Positions 1-12,677 of a stretch of DNA of 64,000 nt are shown one piece after another. The notes beneath the pieces were generated by a model. The model worked only from the letters and a program-made list of their open reading frames with translations. It made no database searches and had not been told where the DNA came from. Positions within the stretch are counted from its first letter, which is position 1, and each line of letters begins with the position of its first letter. The position numbers and the translations under genes were made by a program. Source of the stretch: an uncultured delta proteobacterium (lineage in GTDB: Bacteria; Myxococcota_A; Polyangia; Polyangiales; Polyangiaceae); contig CAWKKR010000001.1 in NCBI GenBank assembly GCA_963850305.1, forward strand, positions 160,001 to 224,000, written 5' to 3'.

Positions 1-538
1 CGAGCACCGACCGATCGAGCGAAAGGGCGACGCGGAGCGCTTCTTCGAGCGTGCTGTCCGGCGCATCCGCAGCCACGGGAGTCACGCCGATTGCGGAGCC
101 GCCAGCGCCTGGCTTCACGACGACCGCACGCCCGAGCGCTGCCCGGATGCGACTGGCGGCGCCGGCAAGCTCCGCTGGCGCGCCGATCACGACGTCGGCG
201 GCCAGAGGCAATCCCGCGCGCTGGAACTGAGCCTTCGCGTGGGGTTTGCTCATGGCAAGTGCGCTGGCCAGAACACCCGAGCCGACGTACGGCACCCCGA
301 GAATCTCGAGCAGACCCTGGAGGCATCCGTCTTCCCCGAGCCGGCCATGAACCGCCGGAAACACGACATCGTACGAGCCGGCCGCAAGGTGGCGCGCCAG
401 CTCGGCATCGAGTTCCACGACCCGTGGAGCGTGTCCCGCATTCCGCAGAGCCTGTTCGACACCGGCGGCCGACGCTCGACTAACCCCGGCTTCGCTCGAC
501 GCCCCTCCTGCAACGACGGCGACTCGGAGCCGGCTCAC
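1..538 (-). CDS. ddl: D-alanine--D-alanine ligase (5' part; runs off the window edge)
   Basis: Not in the ORF track; translated by hand: [20 protein letters not shown]...[40 protein letters not shown]...[12 protein letters not shown], which are the Ddl motifs. The GTG start overlaps the TGA of the upstream gene (GTGA). Confidence 0.93.
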   Translation of the reverse strand, partial: MSRLRVAVVAGGASSEAGVSRASAAGVEQALRNAGHAPRVVELDAELARHLAAGSYDVVFPAVHGRLGEDGCLQGLLEILGVPYVGSGVLASALAMSKPHAKAQFQRAGLPLAADVVIGAPAELAGAASRIRAALGRAVVVKPGAGGSAIGVTPVAADAPDSTLEEALRVALSLDRSVL

Positions 539-972
539 GTCGTCTCCTCCGGACAGTGAACGAGCTCGAGCCCCAGCTGTCGCGAGAAGTCGAAGATGCG
601 TTCGTCCCGGTAAAACTCCCCGAACGCGATCCTGGAGAGACCGGAATTCGCGATGAGCTTGAAGCAACCGAAGCATGGGGATGCCGTGACGTAGATGCCG
701 GCGCCTTCGACGGTGACGCCATTGCGCGCGGCCTGAACCAGCGCGTTTGCCTCCGCGTGCGTGGTACGAACACAGTGCCCGTCTTCCATCAGATGTCCGA
801 CGTCATCGCAGTGCGCCAGGCCCCGGATCGATCCGTTGTACCCCGTGGTGAGGATCATCCGATCACGCACGATGACGGCTCCGACGTGTTTACGATCGCA
901 AGTCGAACGGGTCGCCACCTGACGGGCAATGGCCATGAAGTACTCGTCCCAGCTCGCCCTTCCCTTCGTCAT
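535..972 (-). CDS. dCMP deaminase / ComEB-family zinc deaminase
   Basis: WDEYFM, RSTC, GYNG, HAEANA and SPCFGC motifs. Confidence 0.92.
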   Translation of the reverse strand: MTKGRASWDEYFMAIARQVATRSTCDRKHVGAVIVRDRMILTTGYNGSIRGLAHCDDVGHLMEDGHCVRTTHAEANALVQAARNGVTVEGAGIYVTASPCFGCFKLIANSGLSRIAFGEFYRDERIFDFSRQLGLELVHCPEETT

Positions 973-1118
973 AGCGTTACCTCTCTCTCCGATTTTTCCG
1001 GCCTATACCGCGGAACCACGGTGCGGCGGTGTCCCAATTGGCGAGTCCGCGTACGTATCGCTGGATTGGCGGCGCGGATCGGCTTGACCGCGAGGGGTGC
1101 CCGTGGCTTCTTCGGCCC

Positions 1119-1688
1119 GTGTTTCGGCGCTTCCTCCATCGTCCCCTGCGCGTACTCGGCTTCACGTGCGGGGCGGCATGGCTGGGCACAGCGGCGGCGC
1201 TTCCCGCGGGACCGACGGCCAGCCAGCGCTTGACGGCGCTTCGAGCCGAAACGGCTCATGCCGCAATGCTCGCCGAACCCCTCCGACGAGCACAGGCGTC
1301 GCTGGACCGTGCGCGGACCGCCGAGCAGGCGCGCGACACGGCTCATGCAGCGAGATGGCGCGCTGCCGCAGAGGAGTGGCTAGGAGTCGCCACGGACCTT
1401 CTTCGAGCCGCGGCCGCCGAGCAGAAGGCTGGCGGAACGGAAAAGACTCTCGATGATTTGAACACCAAGGTCGTGCGCGAGCAAGCCTTGCTCGAGGAAA
1501 CGGTCGCCCGCCGAGGTAGGGCCCAGAAAGCTTTGGATGAGCTCGACCAGAGTGGAGCCGCGGGCGCGTCGGAACAGCCGCCTACTTTGCCAGCAAAGCC
1601 AGGACCGCAGGCAACTCGACCCGCGACCCCGAACGCGCACGAAGCCAAGCCGGGCCCGTCGTCCGCGCCGGCAGCAGCTCCCAAATGA
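1119..1688 (+). CDS. Secreted Ala-rich coiled-coil protein (DUF4398-like); start uncertain (ORF open from 1029)
   Basis: Hydrophobic N-terminus, helical Ala/Glu/Arg-rich core, Pro-rich tail; its stop overlaps the next gene (ATGA). Confidence 0.6.
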   Translation: MFRRFLHRPLRVLGFTCGAAWLGTAAALPAGPTASQRLTALRAETAHAAMLAEPLRRAQASLDRARTAEQARDTAHAARWRAAAEEWLGVATDLLRAAAAEQKAGGTEKTLDDLNTKVVREQALLEETVARRGRAQKALDELDQSGAAGASEQPPTLPAKPGPQATRPATPNAHEAKPGPSSAPAAAPK

Positions 1689-2755
1689 TGACCCTCGTCC
1701 TGCTCATCGCGACGTTGACCGTCGCATGCACTCCCACACCTCGTCCGGCAATCCTGGATGAGGTCGCCAGGATGGGTGGCTCCGGGTCGGCGACGGAGGC
1801 GGCGCAGCTCGCGCCGCAGGCTTCCCTTCACGCCGCAAAGGTCGGAGACGACGCGGAGAAGGCCTTCAGGGACGGGGACCTCGTCGGCGCGGAAGCGCTC
1901 GCGGAAGAGGCGCTCGCGGCTTACGCACACGCCGAGGTACTGGCGCGACTCGCCAGGGCGGATGAACGGTCGGAGAGCGCCGCTTCGCACGTCGCGCAGG
2001 TGCAAACCGAGTTCGCGACGCTCGACACGCAGCAACACGAGGTAGCGGCAGAGGCCGACGACGCCGAAGCCCGATTCAAGGTGGCGCGAGATGCCGTGCC
2101 CCTGGCCACGACCGAACCTGGGACGCCCGAACGCGAGCAAGCGCGCCTCGCCGCGGCGAAATCCCTCTCGGTCGAAGCCCGGTTGCTTTGCGTCGCGGCC
2201 CAGATGCTGGCGCCCGATACGCAGGGGGTCGCCGACGACTTCAAGGCCATCGACGCCCTCGACGCGGGACTGGCAAAAGCGCCCTCTCACCCGGCCATCG
2301 ACACGGCCGTGCGCTTGCGGTCTGCGTGCCTAGGCGAGCTGACGTCCGTGCGACGGAGCGCCGCCGACGACGCCCCCGAGCGCGGCGCCGCCGACGCACT
2401 CCTGGATGAACTGGGCAAGGCCGGCTTGAGTCCGTCGCGCGACAATCGAGGGGTCGTCGTCGCGCTGCGGGAAGCCTTCCAGGGCAATACCCTCCGTCCG
2501 GAGGCGCACGAGCGGGTGGTGGCACTCGGCCAGGTCGCGCGCGCGCACGCGACCTTCCCGCTACTGGTGGTGTCTCACGCGGCGGGCTCGTCGAATCGGA
2601 TCGATGACATCGTGAAGGTTTTAACGGAAGCCGGCGCGCCGAAAGTCCGCGCGACCCGGGCTGGCAACGCGCTGCCTCTCTCGCCCCCGGGCCGCCCCGG
2701 GGCATCCGCGTCGAATGAGCGGATCGAGATCGTTTTCGTCGCGCCGAGCAACTGA
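1685..2755 (+). CDS. Lipoprotein with coiled-coil region and degenerate OmpA-like C-terminal domain
   Basis: Signal peptide ending TVAC; RDNRGVVVAL, AGNALP and NERIEIVFV resemble the OmpA C-terminal domain. Confidence 0.7.
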   Translation: MMTLVLLIATLTVACTPTPRPAILDEVARMGGSGSATEAAQLAPQASLHAAKVGDDAEKAFRDGDLVGAEALAEEALAAYAHAEVLARLARADERSESAASHVAQVQTEFATLDTQQHEVAAEADDAEARFKVARDAVPLATTEPGTPEREQARLAAAKSLSVEARLLCVAAQMLAPDTQGVADDFKAIDALDAGLAKAPSHPAIDTAVRLRSACLGELTSVRRSAADDAPERGAADALLDELGKAGLSPSRDNRGVVVALREAFQGNTLRPEAHERVVALGQVARAHATFPLLVVSHAAGSSNRIDDIVKVLTEAGAPKVRATRAGNALPLSPPGRPGASASNERIEIVFVAPSN

Positions 2756-2908
2756 CGCGGCCTGCTCGGCGCAGGCTCCGGCCACTAGTGGTCTGCGGGA
2801 CTTCTGCAGGCCGAAGTCGGTGTGACCTTCATTCTAGCCGGAACGGAAAGCAGGGGCCCCCCCTTTACGATTCGTGGATCTGGTTGAAACTGTAGATCAC
2901 GGCGGAGC

Positions 2909-4045
2909 ATGGAACGCGACGCAGTGTTGGGAGAGAAGATCGTCTGGCGAGGCGGGCCGCGGGTCATAGAGGCGCCCGTGACGATGCGCGTTGCCGCGCT
3001 CGCCTTCCTTGCGATCGCAGCCGTTTCGCTGTGTTTCGCCATCGTGATCTCCGTCTCTCTCCACGTCACCCCGATCGAGCCGATGCTCTTTGCCGGATGG
3101 GCGGCGGCCCTCAGCGTGATTGCGATTCAGGGGCCGAAAATCTGGCTCGAGAAGATCGAATACCTCGTGACTGAACGGCACGTCGTGATCCAGCGCGGGC
3201 CGTTCCGGCGTTCGATAGAGCGACAGGCCATCAGCTTCGCGCGGATCCGATGGAACGCGTCGCATCCGGGAGTCGGGGACATCGATCTCGTGCGAGCCGT
3301 GCCAACGGGGGCGCTCCGACGACGGCTCCTGTTGCAATTCCGCGGTGTGGCCGTACCGGATCGGGTCTGGGCGATCGTCAGGGGCGTAGAAAACTCGATT
3401 GGCCCGCACGCCGGCGACAGACCCCTCACGCAGCGGCTCGACGACGGCGAGCGCGTGATCTGGTCCGCGCAGCCGCGCCGCACCAGCCACGCGCACGTCC
3501 CGCGCGGCCGTCGAGAGATGAGCGTACTCGGCCTGTCGCTGATCCTTTTCTTCACGTTCGTCACGATGGTCGCTCGTGCGATCCCCAACGTCAAAGTGCT
3601 CGCGGCCGCGGGCCTTCACCGGGCCGCGTTCGCCGCCCTCCTCGCGGGCGAGGGCATCTCCGCGACGCTCGTGCTCGGCTTTGCCACCTATCTCGCCATC
3701 GACGGACTCATCACGCCCCTTCGCCAACTCGACCGGACGCGGTACCTCATCACGAACCGGCGCGTGCTGATTCAACGCGGCCGCGAAGAGCTACACCTCG
3801 ACCGCGAGCAAATCGTCGACGTCATCCCCACGCGCGGCGCGAGCGGTATGACGGACATCTTCCTCGTTCTCGACGGTCCGCGAGCGCGCGCACTCGCCAT
3901 GGGGGGCGCATTCGGAGAAGGCGAGATGGGCCCACAGCTTCGCCCGGTTCTCGAGTCCGTTGAGGACGCGGAAAGCGTGAGCCGCATCCTGCTGTCGCGC
4001 TCGCCGACTCCCTCCCGTCCTCCCGAGTCACGCCAAGCCGCGTGA
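2909..4045 (+). CDS. Membrane protein with two tandem bacterial PH-like modules
   Basis: Internal duplication GEKIVW...2 TM...YLVTERHVVIQRG and GERVIW...2 TM...YLITNRRVLIQRG; GGAG RBS. Confidence 0.75.
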   Translation: MERDAVLGEKIVWRGGPRVIEAPVTMRVAALAFLAIAAVSLCFAIVISVSLHVTPIEPMLFAGWAAALSVIAIQGPKIWLEKIEYLVTERHVVIQRGPFRRSIERQAISFARIRWNASHPGVGDIDLVRAVPTGALRRRLLLQFRGVAVPDRVWAIVRGVENSIGPHAGDRPLTQRLDDGERVIWSAQPRRTSHAHVPRGRREMSVLGLSLILFFTFVTMVARAIPNVKVLAAAGLHRAAFAALLAGEGISATLVLGFATYLAIDGLITPLRQLDRTRYLITNRRVLIQRGREELHLDREQIVDVIPTRGASGMTDIFLVLDGPRARALAMGGAFGEGEMGPQLRPVLESVEDAESVSRILLSRSPTPSRPPESRQAA

Positions 4046-4124
4046 TCCCCTCCGGTCGTCGACCGTACTCGACGCTCATTACCCTCCTCGCCCGGCAGGC
4101 AGCGCGGATCCAGGGAGTCCCGGG

Positions 4125-5090
4125 TCAGTGCTTGTCGAGCCGACGCTGGCACCACTTGAGTTGATGCTCCGCGTTCGCGGTCCAGCGATCGCCGTGGGCA
4201 CGGGCCTCGGTGAGATAGATCGACCAGTGAAGGCTTGCGGCTTCGAGAGCGCCCTGCCTCTCCTTCGGATCGTCGGTGTACTGCGCGACGGCCATGGCGC
4301 CGAGAGCCCGGTAGTAGAAGATCTCGTAGTCCGGCGTGAAGAACACGGAAGGGAGATCAATGGCCGCGACGAGCTTCCCGTCGAGGTTGCGGGAAGGAAA
4401 CTGCACGGCTTCCCAGGCGTAGCGGAGCGCCTCCGGCAGATCGTCGTCGCGGGCGAGTGCAACGGCGAGCCCCCACGCAGCGAGCGCACGAGAGGTCGCG
4501 TCGTCCGCGATCGCCAGTGAAACGAGGTAATCGGCGCGCGCGACCCGCAGAGCTCCGAGCGACATGCTCGCCTCCCCACGATTCGCGTAGATGTCCGCGC
4601 GCGCGTTCCTGTCCCACTCGGATCGCAGTGCCTCGGTGTAGGCGTCTCGCTCGGACGCAAAATCGTGGAGCCGGTCGGAAGCGATCGCGACTTTGAACCA
4701 CGCATTCGCGGCCTCCGGGGAGTCCGGGTCCGCGGCGAGCGCTTTCCGCAGGAGCTCCCGCGCGCGTTCGTCGTCTCCATGATCGCCCACGACCAAGGCG
4801 TCACCGAGGTAGTACCAGAGCTCGGGACTTCGAAGCGCTGCGGCGCCGGCCGTCTGGAGGACCGAGACCGCGCGGAGGGCCAGCAGCTTCTCTAGCTCGG
4901 GGAGCTGGTCGATCGATTCCGGGGGTAAGTCCTTTGGCTCGCGTGCGTGATAGGCCTTCACCAGCGCGCGCTCGGCCTTGTCGGCGTCGGGATCGCGGAT
5001 TCGGTCCCACCGCGATGGCCCGGCGCTCGCAGAAACGGCGACGGTCAAGCCGAGCGAAACGACGCGAAGGACGTGGCCGAAACCGCTCAC
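4125..5090 (-). CDS. Secreted TPR-like protein
   Basis: Signal peptide; TPR-like helices (LWYYLGDAL, AWFKVAIA, IYANRGEA). Confidence 0.72.
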   Translation of the reverse strand: MSGFGHVLRVVSLGLTVAVSASAGPSRWDRIRDPDADKAERALVKAYHAREPKDLPPESIDQLPELEKLLALRAVSVLQTAGAAALRSPELWYYLGDALVVGDHGDDERARELLRKALAADPDSPEAANAWFKVAIASDRLHDFASERDAYTEALRSEWDRNARADIYANRGEASMSLGALRVARADYLVSLAIADDATSRALAAWGLAVALARDDDLPEALRYAWEAVQFPSRNLDGKLVAAIDLPSVFFTPDYEIFYYRALGAMAVAQYTDDPKERQGALEAASLHWSIYLTEARAHGDRWTANAEHQLKWCQRRLDKH

Positions 5091-6041
5091 GGCGCGCGCG
5101 GCCTTCCCCGGAGAAGCGCGTCACGTTCTCCTCGCGCGTGCGCCGCATTGGGACCCTTGCCGATGTCGCCGTCCAGATACGATTTCCATCGCACGAGCGA
5201 CAGATCCCGATCGCGACGCTCCGCCAGCTCCGCGATCATCGCGTCCAGTTCCCCCGACGGAAGGTCGGGCGCGGCGCCCCCGGGGTGCGACCGCTCGGCT
5301 TCGAGCTGCCAGGGGCCCGAGGCACGCTCGGCCGCGGCCGTGGCTTCCGAAGGCGCGCCTGCTCTGCTCCGGGCGAGCGCGGTGGCCCCCCAGAGATAGT
5401 CCGAGCCGTCAGCAAGCGGACTCGAGCGAGCGCCCTCCGTCAAATATCCGAGTGCCTCCGCGAGGTGACCCGGGCCCAATGACATTGCAAGCACGCCCGC
5501 CTCGATGTACACGCGGAGCGTCGCACGAGCATCGTCGAGCAGCCCGAGACGCGACACCAGCAGGCGGTACGCGTCGAGCGCGGTGTCAGCGTGATGCGTA
5601 CGGAGCGCGGCGATCGCGAAGTCGTGAAGCACGTCGGGTGCGTCGAAGGATTCGAGGTGACGTCCTCCGAAGGGCGGCGAAGCGCGTCCAGGCTTCGCCG
5701 AAGGCACGCAGACGAACCTCGGCGCGCGCGGCGAGCAGCAACGTAGCGGGACGCCCCGGCTCGACGCGCTCGGCCACGGCGGCGTCGTCGAGCGCCGCTC
5801 GGGGCGCCACTCGAAGTGACGTGTAGCCGCCCGCGAGAGCGGCGCAAAACTGGTCGAGATGCGGCTCTCTCGCGCGCTCCCAGCGCGAGGGAGGCGTGCG
5901 TGTCCCTCCTCCGCATTCTTCGGGACGCGGACCGGCCTGCGCAATCGCGGCAAAGTCCGGAGGCTCGCGCGCGATCCCGGCCGAACAGACCGTCACCGCC
6001 GCAGCGACGATCGACATCAGGACGCCTACCCGTCGACTCAA
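5087..6041 (-). CDS. Secreted TPR-like hypothetical protein, frameshifted near 5651
   Basis: The N-terminus (signal peptide) is in ORF 5586..6041 and the C-terminus in ORF 5087..5953. Removing one A from CGAATCC joins ...RTSPR to SFDAPDVLHDF... Confidence 0.65.
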
Positions 6042-6060
6042 GGCAGAGAGCGTACCCGCG

Positions 6061-8701
<2,641 letters not shown>

Positions 8702-8801
8702 GTGACCGAGCGGTGGAGCCTAGCATTCTTCCAGCTGGCTTGTCGGCAGGCGCGGTCGAAAGTAAGCACCGAGGAACGTCGAAAGGTAGCCGCGAGAAGC
8801 C

Positions 8802-9569
8802 ATGAACAGAGAACCGTCAGCGACTGGCGAAGTCGACTTGCGCGAACGCGGAGCCCCTCGCGACGGCGCGCCGCAGGAGATGGACCGCCGGCTCTTCATG
8901 CAGCTACTGGTCTTCGAAACGCCACCGGGAACTCTGCCATCGGCTGCCGCACGCTCCCTGGGCGAATGCCTCGCCGAGCACGATGTTTCATGCGTGATCT
9001 ACGAGGACGTCAACCATCCGGCAGGCCTTGGCCTCTTGACGTGGACGGAGCATCCCGCGGAGCTCGTGACACGTGTTCGGCCCGCGCTCGAAGGCGCGCG
9101 CGCCACGGCTCTCCGTGTTCGGCCCGATTTCACCATGCTCGGAAGGACGTATTCGACCGGCTATGAGCCAGATCTCGAATTTTGGTTGCTTCGGCGGCCC
9201 GTGGACACCGCGCTCAATCCGAATTGGCCGTGGGCGGTGTGGTATCCCCTCCGTCGCGGCGGCGCCTTCGAACGACTCGAGCCGCGTGAGCGTGGCGCGA
9301 TCCTCCGCGAACACGGTGAGATCGGCAAGGCCTACGGCGCGCAGGATCTGGCACACGACATTCGTCTCGCGTGTCACGGGCTCGACACGAACGACAACGA
9401 GTTCGTCATCGGGCTCATCGGCAAGGATCTTCACCCGCTATCGCACGTGGTCCAGGCGATGCGTCGCACCCGACAGACGGCGGAATTCATCGTCCAGATG
9501 GGCCCGTTCTTCGTCGGCCACGCGATGTTCCGTCATGCGAGCGCGGGAGGTCAGGCGACGAGCGAGTGA
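8802..9569 (+). CDS. Chlorite dismutase / coproheme decarboxylase (Cld/ChdC) superfamily heme protein
   Basis: WYPLRR, proximal-His segment EHGEIG, GLDxxDxEF and GPFFVG motifs. Confidence 0.85.
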   Translation: MNREPSATGEVDLRERGAPRDGAPQEMDRRLFMQLLVFETPPGTLPSAAARSLGECLAEHDVSCVIYEDVNHPAGLGLLTWTEHPAELVTRVRPALEGARATALRVRPDFTMLGRTYSTGYEPDLEFWLLRRPVDTALNPNWPWAVWYPLRRGGAFERLEPRERGAILREHGEIGKAYGAQDLAHDIRLACHGLDTNDNEFVIGLIGKDLHPLSHVVQAMRRTRQTAEFIVQMGPFFVGHAMFRHASAGGQATSE

Positions 9570-10252
9570 TACGCCGCAGAGATCTGCGCGAAGCGGCGCA
9601 GGATGGCCGCCTTGTCGGCCGGGGCGGCCGACGGAAAACGATCCGGATGCATTCGCGAGGCGAGTTGCCGGAACGCGCGCTGCACGGAAACGAGGTCCGC
9701 CGTTTCCGTCAACCCCAGCGTCGCGAGTGCGCGCGCCCGGACGGGATCGCGACGCTTGCCGAACGCCCTGGTTGCACCTCGGTCGCGGCTCCGGGGGCGA
9801 CCGAGCAGGAATTCGTGCGGTTCGAGGGGTGCAGCGGGCGCGTTCGGGTGACCGCGTGCCACCCGAAACGCGAGGCGTGCGTCGTCGAGCGAAAATAGTC
9901 GTTCGAGTCGCTCGCGACGCTGGGCCCCGAGCGCCGTCATCACATCGCCGCGATCGACGACGCCCATCGCCACCAGCAGGTCGCCCGCACGCCGCGCGGG
10001 CTCGGACACGAGGAGCTGCTCGAGACGGATAAGTGCCCGACCATCGACCTTGCCACGCGCCCGGAGCACATCCCCCAGCCGCCCCAATCGTGACGGCGAC
10101 TCCACCTGCGCAACGAGGCCGTGCTCGAAGTGCACCCGGTGGACGGTTCCGGTGTTCGGTGTCAGCTCGAGGACGCCGGTTGCGCCCTCACGGTACACTG
10201 CGCCGAGCACGTCTCCGAGCGTCGTGAGCCGGAGTCGCCCCGGCAGGTTCAT
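9551..10252 (-). CDS. DUF4388-like N-terminal domain plus C-terminal J domain
   Basis: TGVLEL...VHFEHG and RLGDVL in the N-terminal part; J-domain HPD motif (MHPDRF) and ISAAY. Confidence 0.82.
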   Translation of the reverse strand: MNLPGRLRLTTLGDVLGAVYREGATGVLELTPNTGTVHRVHFEHGLVAQVESPSRLGRLGDVLRARGKVDGRALIRLEQLLVSEPARRAGDLLVAMGVVDRGDVMTALGAQRRERLERLFSLDDARLAFRVARGHPNAPAAPLEPHEFLLGRPRSRDRGATRAFGKRRDPVRARALATLGLTETADLVSVQRAFRQLASRMHPDRFPSAAPADKAAILRRFAQISAAYHSLVA

Positions 10253-10360
10253 CTCTCGCGTTTAATCCGTCGCGGAGGATCCGGCAAAGTTCATGCTAGA
10301 CGACCGTACCGACGATGAGCTCGGCCCCCGGGTGCCCGCGGGCGAGCCGCGCGACGGGAG

Positions 10361-12604
10361 TCAACCGTCGGTTCGTCTACCCCCTCCCTTGGGCACCTTC
10401 GCCCATGGCAATGAGACTCGGGACAGGTACAGCGCCAGAATCGCGAATAAGCCCAGCGCACTTATCCAGAGCCCGCGCCGAACCGATCGCGGCTGGTAAG
10501 TGAAGCGAACGACATGGCGTCCCGGCGGGACCTCGACGGCGCGAAGAACGAAGTCGGCTGTGACCCATCTGGTCGGCTTGCCGTCCAACGTCGCGTACCA
10601 GCCCGGGTAGGCCGACTCGGAAACGACGAGGATCCCGGGCTTCGGTAGATCGACCTTGAACCCCACGCGCTCGGGGTCGTTTCCGATCTCGGCTCTGGCA
10701 ACGGTGACCGAGTCCTCGGTCCTGACCGGATAGTCGCGGGATAGTGGCTCTTCGATGACCACTTCCCGGTGCGGATCGAACTGGTCGCCGAGGACGTAAT
10801 CGAGTGCTTCCCTGCGAGAGTTGACGCGGTGGACCGAGTAGTTCACCCAAGCCTGACCGATGCGTCGCCGGTTCTGCATCACCGAAGTCGGTCGGACGTG
10901 CCGGACGCGTCGGTATCCGTGCGCGGCGAACAGCCGAGCGGCAGTGTCCGGAACGACGACGAGATTGACGTCCATGGCATCGAGAAATCCGGACGCTCGA
11001 ACCGTCGCCGGCCAGGTCATCGTGTCGTAGAGAACGAGCAGTCCGAGTCGATCCCCGATCTGCCGATACGCGTCCGGCAGAAAGCTGACCTCGACGCCGA
11101 ACGGACTAGGGATGGCGTCCGTGATTTCGTAGCCGTAGCGGAGATCGCTGAGCGAGATGGCGCGCCCCTCCGCGGCGCCGCGGTGCCCGAAGAGTCGATC
11201 CACTACGCCCGTCTTCGTGGGGCGTGCGAACGGCGCGGGGGTGGCTGCGAACGGCGCGGCCGCCAGGTGCGACAACACGGCGAGCAAACACGCGGCGAGC
11301 CAGGCCGTCCAGCGCACATGAGCGCGACAATCACGCACCGCAATACCGATGAGCGAGAGGCAGGCAGCGACGCCGAGCGCCGCAGAGAACCTGTTGTTCA
11401 CGTTGTACTTGAAACCCGAAAGTGAGTGAACGTGCGCCAGCAAGCGCCCGGCGTCGACGGATGCGGCGATGTAAGCCACGGTGAGCACCGCGCTGGCCGC
11501 GACGATCGCGGTGAGTGCGAGGCGCCGCTCGCTCCCTATCAGCTCGTTCTTCAGCAGCGCGTCGCAACCGATGGCCGCAGTCCAACCGGTGAAGAACATC
11601 AAAAGAAAGGCCCACGTGAACGGGAAGCGCGACATGCTGAAGAGAGGAAGCGCACCAATGACCTTCCAGCCGCCCTTCGCCAGAAACACACAGACGACCA
11701 GGTTCGCGACGGCCGGCCGCGCCCGCTTCAACGGGATGCCGATGGCGATGAACACCATCAGCGCCGGGATCATGCTCAAGAGTGGGGTGGGCAGGTCCGG
11801 CAGATCGATGGTATTCGACGCCGCTGCAAAATCCGTCCTTCGAGCGATGCTCGAGAGCTCGACGAGCGGAAGGAGTTGAGCAGCCGCAGCGATCGCGCCG
11901 AGCAGGAACGCCGCGCCCAGCAAGGGCACGGTCTTCCAGGGGGCGCCCTCCCATTCGCCGAAGGCGAAGCACGCGATGGCATGGACGCCGAGGAGCAGTC
12001 CTATGTCGACTGCGAGCATTGGATAGCCCGCCGTCAGCATGACGGCGACGACGAACGCCAGGCCAGCAAACGCCTTCCACCTGCCGCTTCCGAGACGATC
12101 CGCCAGCAAGAACATGAGCGGCATCCAGGCCAGGCTGCCGATGCGATTCGGATGGTAGTTCGATGTCAGAAGCAGCACGGAAAACGCCCAGACGGCAACC
12201 CCGACGAACGCTGGGACGCCGGTGATTCCCCGATTTCGCAAGAAGAGCAAGAAAGCGCCGGCGAGCGCCAGGTAGTGCACGACGAGAAACGTCCAATGCG
12301 CCGTCACGGGCGAAAGGAGGCCGTAAAGAAGGATCTTGGGCGGATAGAAGACAGCGGGCTGACCCGTCGCAAGAAACGGGATGCCGCCGAATTCGTACGG
12401 ATTCCACACGGGCAGCTGTCCGTGGAGCAGCCACCGCGATCCAGCGACGAACCGGGGCAGGAAATAGCTTTGATAGTCGTAGTCGGTCCAGACGCTACGC
12501 GCCCCCGCATGAACGAGACTCGGCTGGATGAGCACCAGAAAATATGCCGCGATGCAGAAAGCCGTAGCCAGGGGCGCGGCCACCGCGATCAGCTTCATCC
12601 GCAT
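10361..12604 (-). CDS. YfhO-family multi-TM glycosyltransferase (GT-C-like); start uncertain (12598-12637)
   Basis: PVWNPYEFGGIPF...FYP near the N-terminus, many TM segments, C-terminal LVVSESAYPGWYATLDG...VPPGRHVVRFTYQP. Confidence 0.85.
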   Translation of the reverse strand: MRMKLIAVAAPLATAFCIAAYFLVLIQPSLVHAGARSVWTDYDYQSYFLPRFVAGSRWLLHGQLPVWNPYEFGGIPFLATGQPAVFYPPKILLYGLLSPVTAHWTFLVVHYLALAGAFLLFLRNRGITGVPAFVGVAVWAFSVLLLTSNYHPNRIGSLAWMPLMFLLADRLGSGRWKAFAGLAFVVAVMLTAGYPMLAVDIGLLLGVHAIACFAFGEWEGAPWKTVPLLGAAFLLGAIAAAAQLLPLVELSSIARRTDFAAASNTIDLPDLPTPLLSMIPALMVFIAIGIPLKRARPAVANLVVCVFLAKGGWKVIGALPLFSMSRFPFTWAFLLMFFTGWTAAIGCDALLKNELIGSERRLALTAIVAASAVLTVAYIAASVDAGRLLAHVHSLSGFKYNVNNRFSAALGVAACLSLIGIAVRDCRAHVRWTAWLAACLLAVLSHLAAAPFAATPAPFARPTKTGVVDRLFGHRGAAEGRAISLSDLRYGYEITDAIPSPFGVEVSFLPDAYRQIGDRLGLLVLYDTMTWPATVRASGFLDAMDVNLVVVPDTAARLFAAHGYRRVRHVRPTSVMQNRRRIGQAWVNYSVHRVNSRREALDYVLGDQFDPHREVVIEEPLSRDYPVRTEDSVTVARAEIGNDPERVGFKVDLPKPGILVVSESAYPGWYATLDGKPTRWVTADFVLRAVEVPPGRHVVRFTYQPRSVRRGLWISALGLFAILALYLSRVSLPWAKVPKGGGRRTDG

Positions 12605-12677
12605 GCGGTGGGAGAGTACACGACGGGACCCGTACATAGCGCTTCCACCCGACCAATTTTCGCGCGAAGGTCTGACC

